A stretch of DNA of 64,000 nucleotides from an uncultured Alphaproteobacteria bacterium (GTDB lineage Bacteria; Pseudomonadota; Alphaproteobacteria; HIMB59; GCA-002718135), in NCBI GenBank assembly GCA_902627245.1, contig CACOIH010000003.1, positions 140 through 64,139 of the forward strand, read 5' to 3'. Under the pieces are notes generated by a model. The model was given only the letters and a program-made list of their open reading frames with translations, was not told the origin of the DNA and searched no databases. Below, in pieces: positions 48,128 through 56,954 of this stretch (the stretch's first letter is position 1; each line of letters starts with the position of its first letter). A program made the translations under genes and the position numbers.

Positions 48128-48152
48128 GAACAAAAACCTTAGGTTTTTGTTC
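48128..48152. promoter_or_regulatory. 25-nt perfect palindrome in the binding-protein leader
   Basis: GAACAAAAACC-tta-GGTTTTTGTTC. It ends 8 nt before the GGGAGG Shine-Dalgarno and 18 nt before the ATG at 48171. Confidence 0.5.
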
Positions 48153-48170
48153 AATTATAAGGGAGGACAA

Positions 48171-49799
48171 ATGAAAAATAAGAAAATAGACAAATACATT
48201 GAGGAACAGTCTTCAAAGCTTACTAAAGGGCTTATAGACAGAAGACAGTTCATGATGTCTGTCCTTGCTACTGGTGTAACTCTACCAATAGCTCTATCAC
48301 TTGCGGATAAAGCTGTTGCTGCTACTCCAAAAAAAGGCGGACATTTAAGATGGGGTAATAGTGCAGCAGATGCTACTGATACTCTTGATCCAGCAACTTA
48401 TCAGAGCTCATTTATGCAAGCTACTGCTTGGTCATATCAAAACTGTTTAACAGTTGTTGATTCAGATCATACTATAGTTGGAGAGCTTGCTGAGTCAATT
48501 GAATCTGATGATGCTCAAACTTGGGTATATAATCTTCGTAAAGGAGTTGAATTTCATAATGGAAAATCAATGACTGCAGAGGATGTCGTGCTCAACTATC
48601 AGTATCACATGAATCCAGATACTGCTTCAGCAGCAGGTGGATTGCTATCTCAAATTGATACAGTTTCAGCTGATGGAAACAACAGAGTTATTTTTAAACT
48701 AAAAGGTGCAAACGCCGATTGGCCAGCAATAACTACTGATTATCATATTATGATTAAGCCAACAAAAGATGGTGTTGTAGATGCTCAATCAACTATTGGA
48801 ACTGGTCCATACATTATGGATGAATTCAATCCAGGTGTTGGTGCAAAATTTGGAAAGAGAAACCCAAATTATTTTAAAGGTGATAGTGTTGCACACTTTG
48901 ATTCAGTTGAAGTCATTGGAATTAATGATCCTGCTACTAGACAAGCAGCGTTATTAAACGGTGAAATCGATTGGATGAATGGTGTTGATCTTAGAACTGC
49001 AAACTTACTAACCAGAGATCCTAATGTAGAAATTACTGCGGCATCTGGTTATGCTCACTATACAGCTCCAATGAGGTTAAATGTACCACCGTTTGATAAC
49101 TTTGATGTTCGTATGGCTATGAAGTTTGCAATCAAAAGACAAGAAATTGTTGATAAGATAATGCTTGGATATGGAACAGTAGGAAATGATCACCCGATCT
49201 CAACTGCACACCCATATCACAATAATGCATTACAGCAGAGAGAATTTGATGCTGATAAAGCTGCTTATCACTGGAAAAAATCTGGAGTAAGTGGACCAAT
49301 TGAAATTAGTACTTCTGAGGTTCCTTATGCAGGATGTACAGATGCAACTAACTTGATAGCAGCATCTGCTCAAGAATGTGGTATCGATCTTCGAGTTAAA
49401 AAAGAGCCTGAAGATGGTTACTGGAGTAACGTATGGAACACTAAAGGTTTCAGTATGAGTTCTTGGGGTGGAAGACCTACAGAAGATATGATGTGGTCTG
49501 CTGCATTCACAGATGATACTGAGTGGAATGAAGCTGCTTGGGGTAATCTTGTTCAAACTGACTCAACTGTTCGTTTCAATGAACTAGTTAGAGCTGCTAG
49601 ATCAGAGCTTGATGCGGAGAAAAGAAAATCAATGTACTGGGAAGCACAAGCTCTTTGTAACTACGATGGTGGTGCAATTGTTTATGCATTTAACCAATAT
49701 GTTGGTGCTGGTTCTAAAAAACTTGCTCATGGCGATGATGTTGCTGGTAACTGGGAAAGTGACGGTAACAAACTATCAGAACGTTGGTGGTTCGCGTAA
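48171..49799 (+). CDS. family-5 (peptide/opine/nickel type) ABC substrate-binding protein with Tat signal
   Basis: I chose the ATG after GGGAGG. It has a twin-arginine leader DRRQFMMSVLATGVTLPIALSLADKAVAA and SBP_bac_5-like architecture. G+C content and codon usage look higher than in the neighbours. Confidence 0.85.
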   Translation: MKNKKIDKYIEEQSSKLTKGLIDRRQFMMSVLATGVTLPIALSLADKAVAATPKKGGHLRWGNSAADATDTLDPATYQSSFMQATAWSYQNCLTVVDSDHTIVGELAESIESDDAQTWVYNLRKGVEFHNGKSMTAEDVVLNYQYHMNPDTASAAGGLLSQIDTVSADGNNRVIFKLKGANADWPAITTDYHIMIKPTKDGVVDAQSTIGTGPYIMDEFNPGVGAKFGKRNPNYFKGDSVAHFDSVEVIGINDPATRQAALLNGEIDWMNGVDLRTANLLTRDPNVEITAASGYAHYTAPMRLNVPPFDNFDVRMAMKFAIKRQEIVDKIMLGYGTVGNDHPISTAHPYHNNALQQREFDADKAAYHWKKSGVSGPIEISTSEVPYAGCTDATNLIAASAQECGIDLRVKKEPEDGYWSNVWNTKGFSMSSWGGRPTEDMMWSAAFTDDTEWNEAAWGNLVQTDSTVRFNELVRAARSELDAEKRKSMYWEAQALCNYDGGAIVYAFNQYVGAGSKKLAHGDDVAGNWESDGNKLSERWWFA

Positions 49800-49811
49800 T
49801 ATAAATATTTT

Positions 49812-49840
49812 AAGTGGCGCATTTAGCGCCACTTTCCTTC
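49812..49840 (+). terminator. rho-independent terminator or attenuating hairpin after the binding-protein gene
   Basis: AAGTGGCGC-attt-AGCGCCACTT followed by TCCTTC. The U-tract is weak, so partial read-through is plausible. Confidence 0.55.
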
Positions 49841-49889
49841 ATTTCATACTCTATTTACATAAAAAATAATCTTCTTTAAAATTAATTAC

Positions 49890-50813
49890 ATGTTTCAAAA
49901 CAATAAGAAATATTTACTTGATGGAGGTTCAGGTCAGACTTTATTAGAAATGGGACTGAAAACTACAGGTGATCTTTGGTCTGCTAAAGCACTTATAGAT
50001 AATAACAATCATCATTTAGTTTTAAAGATGCATCAAGACTTTATCAATGCAGGATCCGAATTAATAGTGACAGCAAATTTTTCTGTTAGAAAAAGAATGT
50101 TTATTAAACATAATATTCTGGATTATTTTGAAGAAAGTTTAAGATCTGCAGGAGAGATTGCTCTTAAAGCAAAAAATAAATCTAATAAACACATTCTAGT
50201 TGCAGGATCTATGCCTAATCAAGGCAATACATATTCTCCCTTAAAATTCGAAACAGATGAAACCATTTATAATAATTTTTTAGAAATTGCTCAAATTCTT
50301 AACCAATATGTTGATATTTTTTATTTAGATGTTTTAAGCTCCATAAACGAAATTAAATTAGCTTTAGAGGCTACAAAAAATTTTAATAAACAAATTTTAG
50401 TTGGTGTTCATCTACGCTATGATGCCAAATTGCCATCTGGAGAAACATTAAATGAACTTTTTAAAGTGATCAAAAATTACAATTGCTGTGGAATAATTTC
50501 AGCTTGTATATCACCAGAAATTGTTAATTTAAGTTTACCATTTTTAGCAAAACAATCTTTACCATTTGGCTATAAAGTGAATTTATTTAAAGAAATGCCA
50601 ACTGGAAATATAAAGACTTTTACTGAAGAGGGTTTTGACGGTGAAAGAGAATATATTGATCCAGCAGATTTACTTGGCTCAAGAATTGATGAGTATAATA
50701 ATGAAAAAATAAAAGAATTTGTTACTAAAACATTAAGAGAAAATGTGTCATTGATTGGTGGATGTTGTGAAATTAAACCGAGACATATTAACTTGCTTAA
50801 AAATTTATTTTGA
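49890..50813 (+). CDS. homocysteine S-methyltransferase family protein (BHMT/MmuM-like)
   Basis: N-terminal LLDGGSGQTL, a mid-protein Cys (ISACISPE) and the C-terminal zinc motif GGCCEIKPRHI. Confidence 0.75.
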   Translation: MFQNNKKYLLDGGSGQTLLEMGLKTTGDLWSAKALIDNNNHHLVLKMHQDFINAGSELIVTANFSVRKRMFIKHNILDYFEESLRSAGEIALKAKNKSNKHILVAGSMPNQGNTYSPLKFETDETIYNNFLEIAQILNQYVDIFYLDVLSSINEIKLALEATKNFNKQILVGVHLRYDAKLPSGETLNELFKVIKNYNCCGIISACISPEIVNLSLPFLAKQSLPFGYKVNLFKEMPTGNIKTFTEEGFDGEREYIDPADLLGSRIDEYNNEKIKEFVTKTLRENVSLIGGCCEIKPRHINLLKNLF

Positions 50814-50851
50814 TTTTTATATGTTTTAGGTTGATATATTAATAATATTAT

Positions 50852-52081
50852 ATGAGTAACAATGTAAATGATTATCGCTTTGTAATAAAAGCTGTGCCAA
50901 TTGAGGGTGGAAGATCTGTTGATTTAGCTAGGCCAATGAAAATTCATCCTCTCAGTTATCAAGAGTTGCATTTAGATCCAGAATATACGAATTATGCTGA
51001 TGGAAGATTTACACTTGAAAAATTAAAGCATGCATCTGCTGATGAAATGTACTGGAAAGCTCGTCAAGAAATTATACTTAGACATACTGGGGAATACCCT
51101 TATGAAATATCAGGACCGGATGCAGAAAAATTATTACAGAAAATTTTTCCTAGAGATATTTTAAAAGTAAAGGTTGGTAGGTGCTCTTATCAATTCGCCT
51201 GCTATCATGATGGAGGAATGATTTCTGACGGTTTGCTGCTTAAACTAAATAATGATAAGTTTTGGTTCGCTCAAGGTGATGGTCATCTTTTTGGCTGGTA
51301 TAAAGCGCATTCAGTTGGATTAAATGTTAAAATTAAAGACCCTGATGTTTGGGTTAGTCAAATTCAAGGTCCAAAATCTCTAGACTTATTAAAAAAAATA
51401 ATTGATCAACCTTTAAAAGGAAATTTCAAATATTTCGATTGGGAAGAAGTCTCAATAGCATCACAAAAAGTTATAATTAGTAGAACTGGATTTACTAATG
51501 AACTTGGATGGGAAATTTATATTAGACCTGAAAATGATGCTAAAAAAATTGGAGATCTAATATTATCTGAAGGTACAAAAATGGGTATGCTTCTTACTGC
51601 TTCTCCAGGTTTTAGGGGTAGAAGAATTGAGGCTGGTCTTTTATCTGCTGGAAGAGACTTTACAAAAGATAGAAATCCATTTTCAGTAGGATTAGGAAAA
51701 TTTATCGATTTTAATAAAGGTGAATTTATTGGAAGAGATTTTTTAATTAATGCAAATAAAGAATGCTTAACTTGGGGTATGAGAGTAGAAAATAGCTTTG
51801 CAAAAGTAGATAGTGACATTTTATTAAATAATAAAAAAATAGGAATAGTGACATCAAGTACTTGGTCACCCTACCAACAATGTGGTGTTTCAATTGTTCA
51901 TATGAATAATAAAAAATTTGGACCAGAAACTGTGGTTGATGTCTTATGTGATGATGGTCAATTTAATAAAGGGGAGATATGTAAATTACCAATGTACGAT
52001 GTTAAAGGAGATATACCAAGAGGTATTAAACAAGATATTCCTAATGGTCCTGTGCCATGGAAAGGTATAAGTAAGAACTAA
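50852..52081 (+). CDS. GcvT-fold aminomethyltransferase family protein (THF-dependent demethylase candidate), unknown substrate
   Basis: ISGPDAEKLLQKIF, QIQGPKS and ISRTGFTNELGWEIY blocks of the GcvT family, with a diverged N-terminal region. Confidence 0.65.
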   Translation: MSNNVNDYRFVIKAVPIEGGRSVDLARPMKIHPLSYQELHLDPEYTNYADGRFTLEKLKHASADEMYWKARQEIILRHTGEYPYEISGPDAEKLLQKIFPRDILKVKVGRCSYQFACYHDGGMISDGLLLKLNNDKFWFAQGDGHLFGWYKAHSVGLNVKIKDPDVWVSQIQGPKSLDLLKKIIDQPLKGNFKYFDWEEVSIASQKVIISRTGFTNELGWEIYIRPENDAKKIGDLILSEGTKMGMLLTASPGFRGRRIEAGLLSAGRDFTKDRNPFSVGLGKFIDFNKGEFIGRDFLINANKECLTWGMRVENSFAKVDSDILLNNKKIGIVTSSTWSPYQQCGVSIVHMNNKKFGPETVVDVLCDDGQFNKGEICKLPMYDVKGDIPRGIKQDIPNGPVPWKGISKN

Positions 52082-52131
52082 GTTATTTTGTAATAGAAAT
52101 ATTTTTTATATTAGAATACTAATAATTTTAA

Positions 52132-53295
52132 ATGAATTATAACATCCAACCTAGCACTAAAATTCATACAATTGATGATGCTATTAAATTATCAAAAAAA
52201 AGATTACCTAAATTAGTATTTGATTTTATTGATGGCTCTTCCGGTGATGATAAGTTGGCAGAAATAAATAGCAGTGCATTAGATCAAATACGTTTAGAGC
52301 CAAAAGTATTTAAAAATGTTGAAAATAGAACTTTGAAAAAAACTATTTTGGATTTTAATTTTGATTTACCATTTGGGTTTGCTCCCATGGGTATGACAAA
52401 TCTATCTTGGCCAGAAGCTGATAAGATGTTTGCTAAAGAAAGTGTTCATAATAATATCCCAACATGTGTATCAATGGCATCAAGTACAACATTGGAAAAT
52501 ATGTATGAGTATTCTGAAGGACGTTCATGGATGCAAATATATATTTTTCAAGATGAGGAATTTATTATGGAACTTTTAGATAGAGCTAAAAATATTGGTT
52601 ATAAGGTATTAATTTTAACAGTTGATGTTCCTATACTTTCAAGAAGAGCTAGAGATGATAGAAACGGTTTTGGCTATCCATTTAAAATTGGTCCTAAACA
52701 ATTTTTCGACTTTGCACTTCATCCACGTTGGAGTCTTACAACTCTTCTTAAAGGCGCTCCTCGTCCAATGAATTATGTTACTTCTAGCAGTGGTGATCAA
52801 ATTTTTAGAAGAAAAGAAAGTAGAGGTGCTACAGACTGGAATACATTAAAAAGAATAAGGAATGCCTGGAAAGGCAAATTAATAATCAAAGGTATTATGA
52901 ATTCTGAAGATGCAATTAAGATTAAAGATTCTGGTGCAGATGCAATTCAAGTATCTAATCATGGCGGTAGGCAACTGGATAGTGCTACTGCAGCCATAAA
53001 TGCATTACCAAATATTAGAAACAAAATTGGAAATGATTTCCCTATAATATTTGATAGCGGAATAAGAAGTGGAAGTGATATTTTAAGAGCTTTAGCTTTT
53101 GGCGCTAACTTTGTTATGCTTGGCAGACCTTTAATGTATGCTGTTGGAGCAGATGGAGCAAGAGGATTAAGAAGAATTATCAATTTAATTAAAGAAGAGC
53201 TAAGCACAAATCTAGGCTTAGTAGGTTTAACAAATATAAATGATGTAAATGAGAAAATAATAGCAGAGAAGTATTTTAAGGATATAAAGTACTAA
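52132..53295 (+). CDS. FMN-dependent 2-hydroxyacid dehydrogenase/oxidase (LldD/glycolate oxidase family)
   Basis: TVDVPILSRRARDDRNGF and QVSNHGGRQLD catalytic blocks, plus the DSGIRSGSDILRALAFGA FMN-phosphate motif. Confidence 0.85.
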   Translation: MNYNIQPSTKIHTIDDAIKLSKKRLPKLVFDFIDGSSGDDKLAEINSSALDQIRLEPKVFKNVENRTLKKTILDFNFDLPFGFAPMGMTNLSWPEADKMFAKESVHNNIPTCVSMASSTTLENMYEYSEGRSWMQIYIFQDEEFIMELLDRAKNIGYKVLILTVDVPILSRRARDDRNGFGYPFKIGPKQFFDFALHPRWSLTTLLKGAPRPMNYVTSSSGDQIFRRKESRGATDWNTLKRIRNAWKGKLIIKGIMNSEDAIKIKDSGADAIQVSNHGGRQLDSATAAINALPNIRNKIGNDFPIIFDSGIRSGSDILRALAFGANFVMLGRPLMYAVGADGARGLRRIINLIKEELSTNLGLVGLTNINDVNEKIIAEKYFKDIKY

Positions 53296-53301
53296 AGATA
53301 A

Positions 53302-55044
53302 ATGAGTAATAAAAAAATAAGAGGTGGAGCACTAGTAGCAAGAGCACTTAATGATAAAGGTATAGAACACGTATTCACACTCTCTGGTGGTTTTTGTAAT
53401 CCAGCGTTAGAAGGATTTATGGAATGTCAAATTAATGTAATTAATTGTCCTCATGAACAAATTGCTGGTCATTTAGCTGATGGTCATACAAGAATATCAA
53501 GAAAACCATCAGTTTGTATAGTTGGTCCAGAAGGATTTGCCAATGCAGTTCCGTCAATGATGGAGGCATGGGGGGAAAGATCTCCAGTTATATTTATTAC
53601 AGGCTCAAGTAGCTTAAAACGACAAGGTTCAGGAGGTTTCAAAGAAATTGATGATGTATCAATTGCTGCCCCTCTTACAAAATACAGTGCAAGTATAACA
53701 GATGGCAACAGAATAAGAGAATTCGTAGATAAAGCTTATAGAATTGCAACAAATGGCTATCCAGGTGCAGTACATTTAAGTGTGCCAGTAGATATAATGT
53801 TTTCATCATTTGCAGATGATGCAGGTTTAGAAGAAAGGCCTTTTACTCATCAAAAGAAACCTTTGGCTAAAGCTTGGCCTGATCCTGAATTGTTAAATGA
53901 AGTATTTAATGTAGCAATTAGTGCTCAAAGACCAGTTATTATTGGAGGGCATGGAGTTTGGTGGTCTAATGCAGAAAAAAAATTAGAGCAAGCTGGGTTA
54001 GAATTAAATATTCCAATATTTAATATACCATATCATCAAAAACTTTTAGGCGAAGAGGCAGATACATATATGGGTCTAGCAGATATTCATCAATATCCTC
54101 CATCAAAAATGGCTCTCAATGAATCAGATTTGGTTCTCATGATTGGTGCACGTCTGGATAATCAAATGAATTTTGGAAATCCTCCACTTTTTCCAAAAAG
54201 CACTAAGCTTGTTTGTATTAATGGATCACATGAAGAAATAGAATTAAATAGAGCTGCAGATATTAACTTACTTTGTGATCCTGGAGTCTTTTTGGATAAA
54301 CTCGTAGAATTAAAAAAAAATAGTAAATGGAAATTAAATAATGAGTGGTTTGATAAGAATAAAAAAGAGAAAAAAAAATGGATTGATAATACGTTAGATG
54401 AATTAAATGAAGAAACTGAAGAGACAAAAAAAAATGGTGGAAAAATTCATCCTCTTCAGTTAGCTTTAGATGTTCAAGAAGTATTAACTGAAAATGATTG
54501 GTTAGTTATTGATGGTGGAAACACACATTTCTGGTCTGAGATTGCAATTAATATTGCCGGATCAAAAGGTAAAAAACTTGGAGGAATATTGCATCCAGGT
54601 ACTTTCAGTATGTTAGGTGTTGGAGTTCCTTTTGCAATATCAGCGAAAAATCTTAATCCTAAATCTAATGTTGTTTTGATAAGTGGAGATGGTGCATTTT
54701 TATCTGGCGGACTATCAATTGAAGCTGCATTTCAAGAAAAAAAACCTATTGTTGTAGTTATAGATAACAATGGAGGTCTTGACTGTATTTCTCAACAACA
54801 AGAAAGGTTATTTGAAAGTGGGAAACATTTTGCAACTGATTTTAGAGATATTCCATTTCATTCAATTTTTGAAGGTTTTGGAGGGCATGGAGAATTAGTT
54901 ACTAAAAGAGAAGATTTAGGCCCCGCTTTAAAAAGAGCGTTAGAAAGTGGTAAAACTGCATGTGTAAATGTTAAGGCTAAAGGTGTTATAAGTCCAATAG
55001 TTGCTGCAGTTAGTGATAAAAGAGATAAAGCGTCTATAGAGTAG
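53302..55044 (+). CDS. thiamine-diphosphate-dependent enzyme (acetolactate synthase / oxalyl-CoA decarboxylase / 2-hydroxyacyl-CoA lyase superfamily)
   Basis: N-terminal PYR domain with catalytic Glu (CPHEQIAGHLADG). The C-terminal ThDP motif is SGDGAFLSGGLSIE...VVVIDNNGG. Confidence 0.8.
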   Translation: MSNKKIRGGALVARALNDKGIEHVFTLSGGFCNPALEGFMECQINVINCPHEQIAGHLADGHTRISRKPSVCIVGPEGFANAVPSMMEAWGERSPVIFITGSSSLKRQGSGGFKEIDDVSIAAPLTKYSASITDGNRIREFVDKAYRIATNGYPGAVHLSVPVDIMFSSFADDAGLEERPFTHQKKPLAKAWPDPELLNEVFNVAISAQRPVIIGGHGVWWSNAEKKLEQAGLELNIPIFNIPYHQKLLGEEADTYMGLADIHQYPPSKMALNESDLVLMIGARLDNQMNFGNPPLFPKSTKLVCINGSHEEIELNRAADINLLCDPGVFLDKLVELKKNSKWKLNNEWFDKNKKEKKKWIDNTLDELNEETEETKKNGGKIHPLQLALDVQEVLTENDWLVIDGGNTHFWSEIAINIAGSKGKKLGGILHPGTFSMLGVGVPFAISAKNLNPKSNVVLISGDGAFLSGGLSIEAAFQEKKPIVVVIDNNGGLDCISQQQERLFESGKHFATDFRDIPFHSIFEGFGGHGELVTKREDLGPALKRALESGKTACVNVKAKGVISPIVAAVSDKRDKASIE

Positions 55045-55047
55045 GTT

Positions 55048-55383
55048 ATGGCAATTTTTTCTACACATTTACTAAATTCAATAGATGGTACGCATGCAAG
55101 TGATATAGAAATTGTTATTTATAAAGTAAATAATAATAATAAAGTTGTATTTCTAGAAGATAAAACAGATAGCTCTGGAAGAATGCTTAAAGAATTTGAA
55201 TTAACGAAAGAAGATTGTGAAAGTGATTATGAAATGATAATTAATACTGGTAAATATTTTAGAAATACTAGTGAAATAATTAATTCAATAAGTGTTAAAT
55301 TTAAAATGAAAGATCCTCTTAAAAAATATCACATACCTCTAATTATTTCTCCGAATGGATACTCAATATGGTGGTCTAAATAA
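55048..55383 (+). CDS. transthyretin-like protein (HIU hydrolase family) with non-canonical C-terminus
   Basis: N-terminal STHLLN, mid DSSGR and C-terminal YHIPLIISPNGYS family blocks are present. The family's terminal YRGS tetrapeptide is replaced by IWWSK. Confidence 0.65.
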   Translation: MAIFSTHLLNSIDGTHASDIEIVIYKVNNNNKVVFLEDKTDSSGRMLKEFELTKEDCESDYEMIINTGKYFRNTSEIINSISVKFKMKDPLKKYHIPLIISPNGYSIWWSK

Positions 55384-55384
55384 A

Positions 55385-56506
55385 ATGAGTAATTCAGGAT
55401 TAAACATGTCTAGACGTATTAGGCGGACTCCCTATACCGAGAAAGTAATTGAGGCTGGTGTAAGTGGTTTTACTGTAGTTAATCATATGCTTCTTCCAAA
55501 ATCATATAAAGCAACAGTAGAGGAAGATTATTGGCATTTATCTAAAAATACTCAAATTTGGGATGTTTCATGTCAACGACAGGTTCAAATAATAGGTGAA
55601 GATGCTGCAAAATTAATACAACTTATGTCTCCAAGATCAATAAAAGATATGCCTATTGGTAAATGTTATTATTATCCAATGATTGATGAAAATGCAGGGA
55701 TGATAAACGATCCTGTACTTTTAAAATTAAGTGAAAATAAATATTGGCTATCAGTTGCAGACTCAGATGTTCTTCTTTGGGCAAAAGGATTGGCTGTAGG
55801 AAGAAATTTTAAAGTTGATATTATAGAGCCAGATATTTACCCACTAGCAATTCAAGGTCCAAAATCTGAAGAATTAATGTCGTCAATATTTGGAGAAAAA
55901 ATTAAAAAATTAAAATTCTTTCATTTTTCTTTTTTTGAATTTGAAGGAACAAAGCAGATAATTGCAAGATCAGGATATAGCAAACAAGATGGTTTTGAGA
56001 TTTATCTTAAAGGTTTTAGTTTAGGAAAAAAACTTTGGGAAACTATTTGGGAAGCAGGAAAAGATTTTAATATTTCACCTGGATGTCCAAATTTAATAGA
56101 TAGAATAGAAGGTGGTTTATTATCCTATGGTAATGAATTTACTTTAGAAAACAATCCAATTGAATGTGGATTCGATAATTATTGTAATAATTTATCTCAT
56201 GATTTCATTGGAAAAAATGCACTAAAAAAAATATTAAAAAATGGAATAGAAAAAAAAATAAAAGGAATTACTTTTGATGGGTCCCCGACTCCTCCATGCT
56301 CAATACCTTTTCCAGTATACTCAAAAAATAGATTTCAAATTGGTAATATAACCTCTGGTATTTATTCACCATTTTTAAAAACCAATATTGGGCTATCAAT
56401 GGTGGATAGAGATTATTGGAATGATGGACAGGATGTTATCGTATTAACACCAGACAATATTGAGAGAAAAGGTAAAGTGTGCTCAATACCTTTTAATTAT
56501 TCTTAA
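55385..56506 (+). CDS. dmdA: DmdA-like GcvT-family demethylase (DMSP demethylase candidate)
   Basis: SRRIRRTPYT, NHMLLP, WDVSCQRQV, CYYYP, NDPV, YWLSVAD, IIEPDIYPLAIQGP, ARSGYSKQDGFEIY and GCPNLIDRIEGGLLSYGNE match the DmdA pattern as I recall it. I chose the start 1 nt after the upstream stop. Confidence 0.55.
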   Translation: MSNSGLNMSRRIRRTPYTEKVIEAGVSGFTVVNHMLLPKSYKATVEEDYWHLSKNTQIWDVSCQRQVQIIGEDAAKLIQLMSPRSIKDMPIGKCYYYPMIDENAGMINDPVLLKLSENKYWLSVADSDVLLWAKGLAVGRNFKVDIIEPDIYPLAIQGPKSEELMSSIFGEKIKKLKFFHFSFFEFEGTKQIIARSGYSKQDGFEIYLKGFSLGKKLWETIWEAGKDFNISPGCPNLIDRIEGGLLSYGNEFTLENNPIECGFDNYCNNLSHDFIGKNALKKILKNGIEKKIKGITFDGSPTPPCSIPFPVYSKNRFQIGNITSGIYSPFLKTNIGLSMVDRDYWNDGQDVIVLTPDNIERKGKVCSIPFNYS

Positions 56507-56507
56507 A

Positions 56508-56954
56508 ATGAGTCATTCAATCGAATTAAAGTGGGAATTAGGAGATCAAAAACTCGAATTTGGAAAATACTTAACTGATCACACAGTAATGCTTAACGAA
56601 AATGTATCTATTGATGCAGGATCATCTCCAGATTATGGAGGAAGCGAAACTAATATTAATCCAGAGCAAAAACTAGCTGCAGCTGTAAGTAGTTGTTTTA
56701 TGATGACTTTTTTAGCTTTAGCTGCAAAAATGAAATGGCCAGTTATTAATTACAAAGATAAAGCAATTTCGTATTTAGGAAAAAATGCAGAGGGAAGAAT
56801 GTACGTCAACAAAATAGAGCTAAATCCAGCTATAGTATTTGAAGATAATTTTAATATTTCTGATGAAGAGATGAAAAAGATGAAAGAGAGATCACATAAG
56901 TATTGTTTTATTGCTAATTCACTATCTAAAGATGTTGAAATTCAAATCAATTAA
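56508..56954 (+). CDS. OsmC/Ohr family protein
   Basis: 148 aa from the chosen ATG, with two family cysteines (SSCF and KYCFIANS). Confidence 0.7.
   Translation: MSHSIELKWELGDQKLEFGKYLTDHTVMLNENVSIDAGSSPDYGGSETNINPEQKLAAAVSSCFMMTFLALAAKMKWPVINYKDKAISYLGKNAEGRMYVNKIELNPAIVFEDNFNISDEEMKKMKERSHKYCFIANSLSKDVEIQIN

Noticed and set aside
48075-48170. Longer ORF-track N-termini for the binding protein (48075), dmdA-like (55355), osmC-like (56460), thioesterase (37155), aguB (35064) and the BBOX-like gene (61777).
   Set aside because: The extensions overlap neighbouring genes or lack a Shine-Dalgarno sequence. The downstream ATGs give canonical N-termini, sit 0-1 nt after upstream stops or follow GGGAGG, and match family-typical starts.
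49800-49889. Possible SAM-II/SAM-V-type riboswitch upstream of the BHMT-like gene. SAR11 is known to use SAM-V near sulfur and methyl genes.
   Set aside because: The only stable structure is a 9-bp hairpin with a 4-nt loop, too small to host the pseudoknot/triplex architecture. It is better explained as the terminator of the binding-protein gene. A covariance-model scan would settle it.
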